Positions 31,363 to 40,179 of a stretch of 64,000 bases of DNA are shown piece by piece; positions within the stretch are counted from its first letter, which is position 1; the number at the start of each line of letters is the position of its first letter. Both the position numbers and the translations under genes were made by a program. The stretch covers positions 508 to 64,507 of the forward strand of contig DAHUYV010000135.1 of the NCBI GenBank assembly GCA_027306885.1, in the 5' to 3' direction. The notes beneath the pieces were generated by a model. That model saw only the letters and a program-made list of their open reading frames with translations, was not told the origin of the DNA and ran no database searches. The DNA is from Candidatus Dormiibacterota bacterium (lineage in GTDB: Bacteria; Chloroflexota; Dormibacteria; Aeolococcales; Bog-877).

Positions 31363-32661
31363 ATGTTCCTGGACGAGGTTGAGCTGCAGCTCCAAGGGGG
31401 CCGTGGAGGCGCGGGGTCGAACAGTCTGCGCCGCGAGAAGTTCGTCCCGCGGGGCGGCCCGGACGGCGGGGACGGAGGCCGAGGCGGGGACGTGATCCTG
31501 GTGGCTGACGCCGCCATCTCATCTCTCCAGCGATACCAGCTCGAGCGGCGCTTCACAGGTCACCCGGGCGGGCCCGGGGAGGCGGCCCGTCGCCACGGCG
31601 CGGACGGGGAGGAGGTGGTGCTGGCCGTTCCCTGCGGCACCCTGGTCTTCGATCTGAGCTCCGGTAGGCTGCTGGCGGATCTCGACCGCCCAGGCGTGCG
31701 GCTGGTGGCGGCGCCGGGGGGACGTGGGGGGCGGGGCAATACCCACTTCACCTCCGCCACGCTGCAGACCCCGCGGCGGCGCGAGTTGGGTGAGCCCGGT
31801 GTCGCCGCGGGGGTGCGCTTGGAGCTCCGCCTCATCGCCGACCTCGGTCTGGTGGGCCTTCCCAACGCCGGCAAGTCGAGTCTCCTCGCGTGCCTCACCG
31901 GGGCCCACCCCCGGGTCGCGGAGTACCCGTTCACCACGCTCAGCCCCAACCTCGGGGTGGCCGAGGGCGATCGCGGCCGTTCGGTGACGATCGCCGACGT
32001 CCCCGGGCTCATCGCTGGTGCACACCTCGGCGCCGGACTGGGAATCGGGTTCCTCCGCCATCTGGAGCGCACCAGGGGGCTGATCCAGGTGGTGGAGGTC
32101 AGCGCGGGGCCGGAGGCGGCGGTCGGGGCGCTTCTCGAGGTCCAGGAGGAGCTCCTTTCCAGAGGGCCGGAGCTGGCGGCGAAGCCGCGCCTCGTGGCGG
32201 CCAACAAGGTTGACCTCCTGACCGCAGACGAGCTCCCCGGAGTCCTTGGCGCGCTGCGCGCCGCCGGGACCCCGGCGGTGGAGGTGGTCCCGGTATCCGC
32301 CCTGACGGCGGAGGGGACGCAGGAGCTGCTCAAGCGGGCGGTGGGTCTGATGGGGGCACCCCCGTCTCCAGCGGGGGACCAGGGATCGTACCGGCTGTAC
32401 CGCGGACCGCACCGCCGGGAGCGGGGCTTCACGGTGGAGCGCCTGGAGGGCCGCTACCGGGTGGAGGGTGACGTGCTCACCCGGCTGGTCGCGACGGCCG
32501 ACCTGGACGATCCGGACGCGGTGGCCCGGCTGCAGCGGAAGTTGCGCCAGCTCGGGGTCGAGACTGCACTGGCGGAGGCGGGGGCGGTCGGCGGGGAGGA
32601 TGTCGAGATCGGGGGGGAGGAGTTCACCTTCGTCCCGGACGCCGCCGAGTTCCAGCCTTGA
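31363..32661 (+). CDS. obg: GTPase Obg
   Basis: Obg fold glycine-rich N-domain; G1 GLPNAGKSS. Confidence 0.95.
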   Translation: MFLDEVELQLQGGRGGAGSNSLRREKFVPRGGPDGGDGGRGGDVILVADAAISSLQRYQLERRFTGHPGGPGEAARRHGADGEEVVLAVPCGTLVFDLSSGRLLADLDRPGVRLVAAPGGRGGRGNTHFTSATLQTPRRRELGEPGVAAGVRLELRLIADLGLVGLPNAGKSSLLACLTGAHPRVAEYPFTTLSPNLGVAEGDRGRSVTIADVPGLIAGAHLGAGLGIGFLRHLERTRGLIQVVEVSAGPEAAVGALLEVQEELLSRGPELAAKPRLVAANKVDLLTADELPGVLGALRAAGTPAVEVVPVSALTAEGTQELLKRAVGLMGAPPSPAGDQGSYRLYRGPHRRERGFTVERLEGRYRVEGDVLTRLVATADLDDPDAVARLQRKLRQLGVETALAEAGAVGGEDVEIGGEEFTFVPDAAEFQP

Positions 32662-33317
32662 CGTCGCCGGCGCTCGTGGTGTTCGGGGGAACGTTCGACC
32701 CCCCCCACCTCGGCCATCTGGCCGTGATCCGGGGGCTGAGGGCGGGGCTGGGGCGGCCGGTGCTGGTGGTTCCCAACGGGCGGCCCGCCCACCGCAGGGC
32801 TCCGACGGCCAGCCCCGCCGACCGCCTGCGCATGGCGACGATCCTGGTGGAGGGACTGGGCGACCCAGCGGTCTCGGTCTCCGACCTGGAGGTGTCGCGC
32901 TCGGGACCCTCCTACACCGCCGATACGCTGGAGCAGTTGCGGGCGGCGGATCCCAGCCGACCACTCATCCTGGCCCTGGGGGCCGACGCGGCCCGGGGCC
33001 TGCCCCGCTGGCATCGCCCCGAGCGGGTCCTCGAGCTGGCCCAGCTCCTGGTATTCGACCGTCCCGGCGCCCGGATCGGTGCCGGGGAGGTGGTGGCGGG
33101 GCTGTTGCCCTCGGGTCCGACCGGAAAGGGCCCGCTCGTCCTGGCGCTCTCGGCCCCCCGGATCGAGGCCCGGCACATCCGGGCCGAGCTGCGCCGGGGC
33201 GCCGACTGTGAGGGGTTGCTCCCCGGTCCGGTCCTCACCTATATCCGGCAGCGGCACCTGTACCAAAGCCCCGACGGGGAGACGGCGGTCGCCGATGGGA
33301 TAATCAGTTCCCAATGA
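32658..33317 (+). CDS. nadD: nicotinate-nucleotide adenylyltransferase
   Basis: VVFGGTFDPPHLGH motif. Confidence 0.9.
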   Translation: MTSPALVVFGGTFDPPHLGHLAVIRGLRAGLGRPVLVVPNGRPAHRRAPTASPADRLRMATILVEGLGDPAVSVSDLEVSRSGPSYTADTLEQLRAADPSRPLILALGADAARGLPRWHRPERVLELAQLLVFDRPGARIGAGEVVAGLLPSGPTGKGPLVLALSAPRIEARHIRAELRRGADCEGLLPGPVLTYIRQRHLYQSPDGETAVADGIISSQ

Positions 33318-33685
33318 CGCCTTTGCAGTTGAGCCGGCTGATCGCTGATGCCGCGCTCTCCCGCAAGGCTCGCAATGTGGTCCGCATCGATCTCCGCGGC
33401 AAGACCACCATGGCCGACTACTTCGTCATCTGCGAGGGTGACACCGACCGCCAGGTGCGGGCCGTGGCCGAGGCCATCGACGAAGCGGGGTCCCAGGCCG
33501 GCCACCACCCCCTGAGCCGGGCCGGGCTGGACGAGGGGTCGTGGGTGTGCCTGGACTTCGACTCGGTCATAGTTCACATCCTTCTTCCCGGCGAGCGGGC
33601 CTACTACGACCTGGAGGGCCTCTGGGGTCCGGCCCACCGGGTGCGCCCCCGCCCCCTCGCCCGGGCGGTGGCTGCGGCCCCTTGA
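33314..33685 (+). CDS. rsfS: ribosomal silencing factor RsfS (iojap)
   Basis: TMADYFVICEG...VIVHILLPGERAYYDLE motif. Confidence 0.9.
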   Translation: MTPLQLSRLIADAALSRKARNVVRIDLRGKTTMADYFVICEGDTDRQVRAVAEAIDEAGSQAGHHPLSRAGLDEGSWVCLDFDSVIVHILLPGERAYYDLEGLWGPAHRVRPRPLARAVAAAP

Positions 33686-34659
33686 GAGCGCCCCGGCTCC
33701 GCCTGGGTTGCTTTCTTCCCCAGGGCTGGCGCCGCGACCTCCCGGGGGGGACAGAGGCAGGACCGTTCGAGGCGATGGTGGGGATGGCCGTCCGGGCCGA
33801 GCAGGCGGGGTTCGGGGCGGTCTGGGTGTACGACCATCTCCAGGCCGCCCTCCCCGGAGACGACTCCCCGGTCCTGGACCCGATGCTGGCTCTGGCGACG
33901 GTCGCCTGGGCCACCTCGCGGGTCCGGTTGGGCGCGATGTGCCTGGCCCTACCCCGGCATCACCCGGTCCCGCTCGCCCACCAGCTGGCCAACCTCGACG
34001 TGCTCAGCGGGGGGCGGCTGGAGGTGGCTCTCGGCGCCGGCTCCGACCCCGAGGAGCTGCGGGCGTTCGGGCTGCCCGTGGCCAGCCTGCGGGAGCGGAT
34101 CCTGGCCGTCGGGGAGGCGGCCGAGCTGCTGCGGACCTGCTGGGGCCCGGACCCGATCCACTTCGAGGGACGGTACACCGTGGTCGACGGGGCGCGGGTG
34201 CTGCCCAAGCCGCTGCAGGTGCCCGCACCTCCCATATGGATAGCGGGCGGGGGCGAGCGGCTCACCCTCTGGCAGGTGGCCCGCCACGCCGACGGCTGCA
34301 GCCTGTTCGGTCCGCCGGAACGGGTTGCCCGCAAGCTGGACATCCTCGCCGAGCACTGTCGCCAAGTGGGCCGGCCGCTCCACAGCGTCCGGGTCGCGGT
34401 GGTGCTGGACTGTCTGGTCGGGGCCACCGAGGCGGAGGCGGACCGGATGGTCGACCGCTTCAACCGCCACGGGGAGGATCGTGCCCGGTACCGGGCGCGG
34501 CGGCTGGTGGGCACCGCGGAGGGGTGCGCTCAGCAGCTCCAGAGGTACCTGGACCTCGGCGTGAGTGAGGTCTGCTGCCACTTCCCCAACGCCCTGCAGT
34601 CCGACGCCCCGGAGCGTCTGGCGGCGGCGGTCCAGGTGGAGGAGCCTACCCCCGGATGA
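33682..34659 (+). CDS. luciferase-like monooxygenase (LLM) family, F420-dependent oxidoreductase-like
   Basis: LLM TIM-barrel motifs (GFGAVWVYDHL; GGRLEVALGAG); TTG start overlaps the rsfS stop. Confidence 0.8.
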   Translation: MRAPRLRLGCFLPQGWRRDLPGGTEAGPFEAMVGMAVRAEQAGFGAVWVYDHLQAALPGDDSPVLDPMLALATVAWATSRVRLGAMCLALPRHHPVPLAHQLANLDVLSGGRLEVALGAGSDPEELRAFGLPVASLRERILAVGEAAELLRTCWGPDPIHFEGRYTVVDGARVLPKPLQVPAPPIWIAGGGERLTLWQVARHADGCSLFGPPERVARKLDILAEHCRQVGRPLHSVRVAVVLDCLVGATEAEADRMVDRFNRHGEDRARYRARRLVGTAEGCAQQLQRYLDLGVSEVCCHFPNALQSDAPERLAAAVQVEEPTPG

Positions 34660-34662
34660 CCG

Positions 34663-36813
34663 CTAGCAGGTCCCGTTCCACCCCGAGCGGTAGGCGGGCG
34701 GGCAGTTGACGTTCTGGTTGGCGTAGCTGACGGTGTTGGGGAGGTAGTAGTAGGGGTAGGCACCGCCGCCCACCTGGACCACGTTGGCGGGCTTGTTGTA
34801 CCAGAGGACGGGCTGTCCCGCCAGCACCTTCTCCATGTAGGTCTGCCACAGGGGGGCGGCACCCGAGATTCCCGAGGTGACGTTGCTCAGCGTCTTGCCG
34901 TCCGGGTTGCCCACCCAGACCCCGGTCACCACCTGGGGGGTCCAGCCGAAGGTCCAGTTGTCCTCGATGGTGTTGTAGTAGGCTCCGGCGGAGTTCTGAG
35001 CGTCCGATGTCCCGGTCTTGGCCGAGACCGGCCGGCCCGGCAGGGTGAGGTGGGCGTAGGGGCCGAAGTCGCGCAGTCGGTTGTTGTTGTTGGAGAGCAT
35101 GGCGTTCATGATGTAGGCGACGTCGGGGGGGACCACCTGGACGGAGTTGTTGGCGACGTTGTACTGGTAGATGGTCTGGCCGTCGTCGATCACCTTGAGG
35201 ATCGAGGTGGGCTGGTGCAGCACCCCGCCGTTGGCCAGAACCGAAGCGCCGGTGGTCAGCTGGAGCTCGGTGAGCCCGATCGAGAGCCCACCCAGGGTGA
35301 GGGCGTCGCCGTAGGTGTTCTGGGGGTTGAGGAGGAGGGACGCCCCCATGCGCTCCGCCATGGTGACAACGTTCTGGAGCCCTGTGATCATCTCGACCTT
35401 GACCGCCGGGATGTTGATCGAGTTGCCCAGACAGACCTGCACCGGGCAGATGCCGCTGAAGTTGTGCTCGTAGTTCTGGGGCTGATAGCCGTTGATGTTG
35501 ATGGGGGCGTCCAGGACCGGGGTGGTCATGGTGAATTTGCCCGAGGCTATGGCGGCGGTGTAGGTGAACATCTTGAAGCTGGACCCCGGCCGCCTGGGCT
35601 CGACGGTCATGTTGATCTGCCCTACCGGGCCGTTGTAGTTGCTGGTGCCCACCATCGAGAGGATCTCGCCGTCCCGGGGATCCATCGACACCAGGGCGGA
35701 GTCCCCGATGTTGTAGTCGTGGAGCAGGCGGGCGTTGTTGGCCGGGTCCTGGATCACCGCCTCCGCGGCCTGCTGGTTGGCCATGTTGAGGGTGGTGTAG
35801 ATGGTCCAACCGCCGGGGTTCAGATAGGCGTCCCCGAAGCGCTGCTGGAGCGCGCTCTCAACATAGGTCACGAAGTTGGGGGCGAGCGAGGGGCTGCTGT
35901 CCTCCCAGGGGTAGTAGGTGAGCTGCTCCTTGTAGGCGGCGTCGGCCTGGGCCTGGGTGATGTAGTGGTTGGTCACCATCGCCTGAAGGACCACCTGCTG
36001 GCGGAGCTTGGCGTAGTTGGGGCCCTTCACCCCGACGTAGGCCAGGGGGTTGAAGGCGGAGGGGGCGTCGGGGATTCCCGCCAGCATGCTGGCCTGAGCC
36101 AGGTCCAGCTTGCTGGCCGGGATGTGGAAGTAGAGCTCGGCGGCGGTCCCGACCCCGATCGCCTGGTTCCCGTAGGGAATGCGGTTCACGTACATCTGCA
36201 GGATCTGGTTGGGCTTGAAGGTTTTGGCGATCTCAAAACCGAGCAGAAGCTCGCGGATCTTCCGGGTGATGGTCTGGTCCGGGGTGAGGAAGGAGATCTT
36301 GGCCAGCTGCTCGGTGATGGTGCTGGCTCCCTGCAGGGAGCTGTGGTGGAGCGCGTCGTGGAGAGCTGAGGCGATGATCCGGGGCAGGTCCACGGAGGTG
36401 GAATCCTGATAGAAGTGGCGGTCCTCCACGGCGATGGTGGCCTTGACCAGCCAGGGGCTCACCTGCGAGAGGTTGACGTGGATGTGCTGCTCCCCGGGCT
36501 CGTGCAGGACCGTGAGCAGGGTGCCATCGCTGGCCAGCAGGTAGCTGTTCTCGGGCGGACCGAGATTGGGGAGGTCGGTCACCGCCGGGAGGCCCACCTG
36601 GAAGGCGGCGAGGACGATGAAGCCCGACCCCGCCCCGGCGCAGCCGATCAGCACCATGACGGCAAGGGCGAGCGCGCTCCGGCGCATGATCCCGTGCCGT
36701 CGCCAGAAGCCGGGCTTCCGCCCACCGTGGCCGCCTCGGCGACGGCCCGCAGCGGTGCGGGTCCGCCCCTGGCGGTCAGGCGGGAGGTTCACCTCCTGCA
36801 TGGGTGGGGCCAA
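34663..36813 (-). CDS. class A penicillin-binding protein (transglycosylase + transpeptidase, PBP1A-like)
   Basis: GT51 motifs (AIEDRHFY; ITEQLAK) and transpeptidase motifs (SSFK; KTGT). Noticeably lower GC than its surroundings. The true start may be the internal ATG (MRRSALALAV). Confidence 0.9.
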   Translation of the reverse strand: MAPPMQEVNLPPDRQGRTRTAAGRRRGGHGGRKPGFWRRHGIMRRSALALAVMVLIGCAGAGSGFIVLAAFQVGLPAVTDLPNLGPPENSYLLASDGTLLTVLHEPGEQHIHVNLSQVSPWLVKATIAVEDRHFYQDSTSVDLPRIIASALHDALHHSSLQGASTITEQLAKISFLTPDQTITRKIRELLLGFEIAKTFKPNQILQMYVNRIPYGNQAIGVGTAAELYFHIPASKLDLAQASMLAGIPDAPSAFNPLAYVGVKGPNYAKLRQQVVLQAMVTNHYITQAQADAAYKEQLTYYPWEDSSPSLAPNFVTYVESALQQRFGDAYLNPGGWTIYTTLNMANQQAAEAVIQDPANNARLLHDYNIGDSALVSMDPRDGEILSMVGTSNYNGPVGQINMTVEPRRPGSSFKMFTYTAAIASGKFTMTTPVLDAPININGYQPQNYEHNFSGICPVQVCLGNSINIPAVKVEMITGLQNVVTMAERMGASLLLNPQNTYGDALTLGGLSIGLTELQLTTGASVLANGGVLHQPTSILKVIDDGQTIYQYNVANNSVQVVPPDVAYIMNAMLSNNNNRLRDFGPYAHLTLPGRPVSAKTGTSDAQNSAGAYYNTIEDNWTFGWTPQVVTGVWVGNPDGKTLSNVTSGISGAAPLWQTYMEKVLAGQPVLWYNKPANVVQVGGGAYPYYYLPNTVSYANQNVNCPPAYRSGWNGTC

Positions 36814-37030
36814 GGTGTGAGGGCTGCCATCCGTCCGGCGATTATGGCAGGCCCGCCTGAGAGCCCCCGTCCCGCCGGCACCGCGGCGGCGGTCACGGGA
36901 GCGTGGCGATCAGTTCACGACGGTGAAAAGCGCTGGTGATCAGGGATGAATTCCGGGGTGCCGGTGGGAGACTTGGCGCCGGCCCACCCGGGTGGACCCC
37001 CACCTCCACCAGGAGTTTGAAACCCAGAGT

Positions 37031-38353
37031 ATGTCCGCAGCCACAATCAGCGCTCCGCCCAGCTCTCGCAATCAGATCGGCTTCCCCCCGGTGCCCCAGA
37101 GCCCCAAGGAGGCCGGCCTGCCGTTCTCCTTCATCTGCGACCTGGTGCTCAAGGTCATGTACTTCAACGGGGGCATGCTGGGCCGGGACCTGGCCCGTCA
37201 TGTCTGCCTGCCCTGGAACATGGTGTCCGACGCGATCAAGTTCCTCTCCGACGAGGGGTACTGCGGGACCACCGGGATCCGCGGGACCGTGGGAAGTGAC
37301 TCCGGGTTCGCCGAGGGGCTGCAGTACGCCATCAGCCGCACCGGTCGCGAGCGGGCGCGAGAGCTGATCGAGGTCAGCCAGTACGCCGGGCCGGCCCCGG
37401 TGCCGCTGGAGGTGTATGTGGCGGTGGCGCGCTACCAGGGCCGAACCGGCCCCATGGTGACCCACCAGCTCCTCCGCTCCGCCCTGGACCGCCTGGTCCT
37501 GCCACCAAGCGTTCTGAACCGCCTGGGCCCGGCTCTAAGCTCGCGTCAGTCGATCTTCCTGTACGGCCCGCCCGGCAACGGGAAGAGCACGATCGCGTCA
37601 GCCTGTGCCACCCTGCTCGGAGACCCGCTCTTCATCCCCCATGCCCTCTATGTCAAGGGCGAGGTGATCCGGATCTTCGACCCGGTGCACCACAAGCCGG
37701 TCCCGGCCGAGCTGCCCCCCCACGACACCCGCTGGGCCTTCTGCACCCGGCCGGTGGTGATGGCCGGGGGCGAGCTCACCGGCCGCGAGTTGGAGCTCAG
37801 CTTCGACCCGCGGATGGGGTTCTTCGAGGCCTCCCTCCAGCTCAAGGCCAATGGGGGGCTCTTCGTGGTGGACGACTTCGGCCGGCAGCAGCTCTCCCCG
37901 CAGGACCTGCTCAACCGGCTCATCGTGCCCCTCGAGGCCGGCTTCGACTACCTCAACATCTCCCGGGCGGGGACCACCGTCCAGGTCCCGTTCACCGAGA
38001 TCCTCATCCTTTCCACCAACCTCAAGCCCCGGGACCTGGTCGACGAGGCCTTCCTGCGCCGGATCCGCTACAAGGTCGAGGTGCCCAACCCCTCGGTGAT
38101 CGAGTACGGCCGGATCTTCCGGCGGGCTTGCGAGAGCATGGGGCTCACCTACGACCCCGACGCGGTGAACTACCTGCTGGACGAGCACTACCACAAGGCG
38201 GGGCGGCCCCTGCACGGCTGCGAGCCCCGGGACATCCTGGACCACCTGGTCCATGCCGCCGCCTACTTCGGGGTCGAGCCCCGGCTCACCCCAGAGCTCC
38301 TGGACCACGCGGTCTCGGCGTACTTCGCGAACCTGCAGGGCGAGGACGACTGA
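37031..38353 (+). CDS. orphan AAA+ ATPase with N-terminal winged-helix-like domain
   Basis: Walker A GPPGNGKST, Walker B LFVVDDFG, sensor-1 LILSTN, Arg finger RRIRY; MarR-like wHTH at N-terminus. Confidence 0.75.
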   Translation: MSAATISAPPSSRNQIGFPPVPQSPKEAGLPFSFICDLVLKVMYFNGGMLGRDLARHVCLPWNMVSDAIKFLSDEGYCGTTGIRGTVGSDSGFAEGLQYAISRTGRERARELIEVSQYAGPAPVPLEVYVAVARYQGRTGPMVTHQLLRSALDRLVLPPSVLNRLGPALSSRQSIFLYGPPGNGKSTIASACATLLGDPLFIPHALYVKGEVIRIFDPVHHKPVPAELPPHDTRWAFCTRPVVMAGGELTGRELELSFDPRMGFFEASLQLKANGGLFVVDDFGRQQLSPQDLLNRLIVPLEAGFDYLNISRAGTTVQVPFTEILILSTNLKPRDLVDEAFLRRIRYKVEVPNPSVIEYGRIFRRACESMGLTYDPDAVNYLLDEHYHKAGRPLHGCEPRDILDHLVHAAAYFGVEPRLTPELLDHAVSAYFANLQGEDD

Positions 38354-38689
38354 CCGGTCCTCGAGAGCGGGCCGGGATCCGGTTCTCGCCCGTCGTCCGG
38401 GCGCCGGCGCAGCCCCCCGGGAAGCGCCGGCCCCGGGTGTGAGCGGGGCTGCGGGCCCGCTGGGTGCGCACTCGCGGCGCCAATGTCCTCGTGCCGCCCG
38501 GAACCGCCGGCCGTGAGGCTGGAGAGGGGAGTCCAGCCGTCGTGCTGCCGCGGTCCACAGCTGGCCGGGCGCTCCGATTGGGCCCGCGGTGCCCCGCATG
38601 GGGTCGAGCCCCTCTGCCCGGGCCCAGCCGGGGAAGGGGGCCCGGCTGCGACCAGCCGCCGCCAGACGCGGTCGACCGGTTGGGCTTGG

Positions 38690-38765
38690 TGGTGGAGCGA
38701 AGGGGACTTGAACCCCTGACCTCTGCCGTGCGAAAGCAGCGCTCTGCCAGCTGAGCTATCGCCCC
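38690..38765 (-). tRNA. tRNA-Ala (anticodon CGC)
   Basis: GGGGCGA acceptor with a G3:U70 pair; anticodon loop TTCGCAC; CCA encoded. Confidence 0.85.
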
Positions 38766-38820
38766 CGGGGCCAGTATAGCCCCGGTCTAGATCACCCTGA
38801 ACCCGAGCCGGAGAGACTTG

Positions 38821-38916
38821 TCAGGAGCTCCGTCGCTGCCAACGGGTCTTCTTCAGCATCTTCTTGTGCTTGTGCTTGCGCATCTTCTTGCGCCGCTTCT
38901 TGATGACCGAACCCAC
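38821..38916 (-). CDS. ribosomal protein bS22-like mini-protein (31 aa)
   Basis: VGSVIKKRRKKMRKHKHKKMLKKTRWQRRSS matches the mycobacterial bS22 (MGSVIKKRRKRM..KKHRKLL..TR.QRR). GTG start; lies in a low-GC pocket. Confidence 0.65.
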   Translation of the reverse strand: MGSVIKKRRKKMRKHKHKKMLKKTRWQRRSS

Positions 38917-39044
38917 GAAGAAGAGAACCTCGGAGATGCCCGCAGGCGAATGGAGGGCGGCCGCGAATTCGGACACCCTGGACCACGGTAGTCTAAGGGG
39001 GCGCCGGCGAGCGCGTCAACTGCGATCGAATTCGGGAGGGCGCG

Positions 39045-39545
39045 ATGGAGACCCTGTGGGCACCGTGGCGGATGACCTACATCGAGCGGGTTACCACGGC
39101 GGCGCCAGGTGCCGATTGCATCTTCTGCAAGGCCGGGGAGCGGGGGGATCGGACCGCCTTGGTGGTCCACCGCACGGCGCATGCCATCACCATGCTGAAC
39201 CGATTCCCCTACAACCCTGGCCACCTCATGGTGGCCCCCCAGAGCCATGGCGGCGACCTCGCGGCGCTGGACCCGGGCGAGCTCCAGGAGGTGGTGCTCG
39301 AGCTGCAGCGAGCCACCCGGGTGCTCCGGGACGAGCTGGGCTGCGATGGGTTCAACGGGGGCTGGAACCAGGGCCGGGTTTCCGGGGCCGGCATCGACAC
39401 CCACCTGCACTTCCATCTGGTGCCGCGCTGGTCCGGGGACACCAATTTCATGCCGGTCCTGGCCGACGTCAAGGTCCTGCCCGAGCACCTCGACGCCACC
39501 TGGGAGAAGCTGGCCCCCGCCTTCGCCGCCAACTCTCCGGGATAG
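39045..39545 (+). CDS. HIT-family (histidine triad) nucleotide hydrolase/transferase
   Basis: HxHxH-type motif THLHFHLVPR. Confidence 0.85.
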   Translation: METLWAPWRMTYIERVTTAAPGADCIFCKAGERGDRTALVVHRTAHAITMLNRFPYNPGHLMVAPQSHGGDLAALDPGELQEVVLELQRATRVLRDELGCDGFNGGWNQGRVSGAGIDTHLHFHLVPRWSGDTNFMPVLADVKVLPEHLDATWEKLAPAFAANSPG

Positions 39546-39578
39546 GGCGGGCGGACCGCCCGCACCTCGTCCCCAGCT

Positions 39579-40073
39579 CTAGGGCGCGGGCGCAGCATCC
39601 TCCCGGAGCACGGCCCAACTGGAGCGCAGCAGATCGCGGGTGAGTTCCATCTGCCCGAAGTGGCGCGACAGCTCGTCGAGGATGTGGAGCAGGACTCCCT
39701 CCTGGGTTGACCCGATCGCGGCGGCCGCATCCCTGCCCGGCGGGGGCACGCGCGGTGCTGCCAGAGCGTCCAGCTCCGTCAGGTCGGCGACCAGCTGCGC
39801 CCGGGCCCGCTCGACCAGGCGAGTGATCTCGGCCACCGTCCCGCTAGCCCGGAATTCGGCAGCGCGGTCGCGCTGGATGGTCCGCCCGGACACCACCCGC
39901 CCGGCCCAGTACTCCATCACCCCAAGGCAGTGGAAGAGGATGGCGTAGGGGGAGTTGGCGCCTGCCAATCTCGGAGCCTTGTTGGCGAGGTCGTCACCGA
40001 GCTCGCCAACGATCCGCAGCATGCCGTCGAGGGACTCATCCACGAAGGAGAGGTATCCGTCGGGTGGCAGCAC
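39579..40073 (-). CDS. DinB/YfiT-like (DinB_2) family protein
   Basis: Four-helix-bundle family pattern with a conserved His (AILFHCLGVMEYW); size about 164 aa. Confidence 0.6.
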   Translation of the reverse strand: MLPPDGYLSFVDESLDGMLRIVGELGDDLANKAPRLAGANSPYAILFHCLGVMEYWAGRVVSGRTIQRDRAAEFRASGTVAEITRLVERARAQLVADLTELDALAAPRVPPPGRDAAAAIGSTQEGVLLHILDELSRHFGQMELTRDLLRSSWAVLREDAAPAP

Positions 40074-40179
40074 GACGGAAGCTTACTGCAGCCGGGAGCG
40101 CGCCCCGTCGTGCCCGACAGCAACCGTCCGGCACTTCGCCAGGGGCCATCTCCCCGAGCGAGCGCCGAAAACCTGGCTC

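Noticed and set aside
34600-38765. Possible tRNA-Ala(CGC)-integrated island (low-GC PBP + orphan ATPase)
   Set aside because: No integrase, recombinase or transposase is present, and no obvious direct repeat of the tRNA 3' end was spotted by eye. Left as a compositional observation only.
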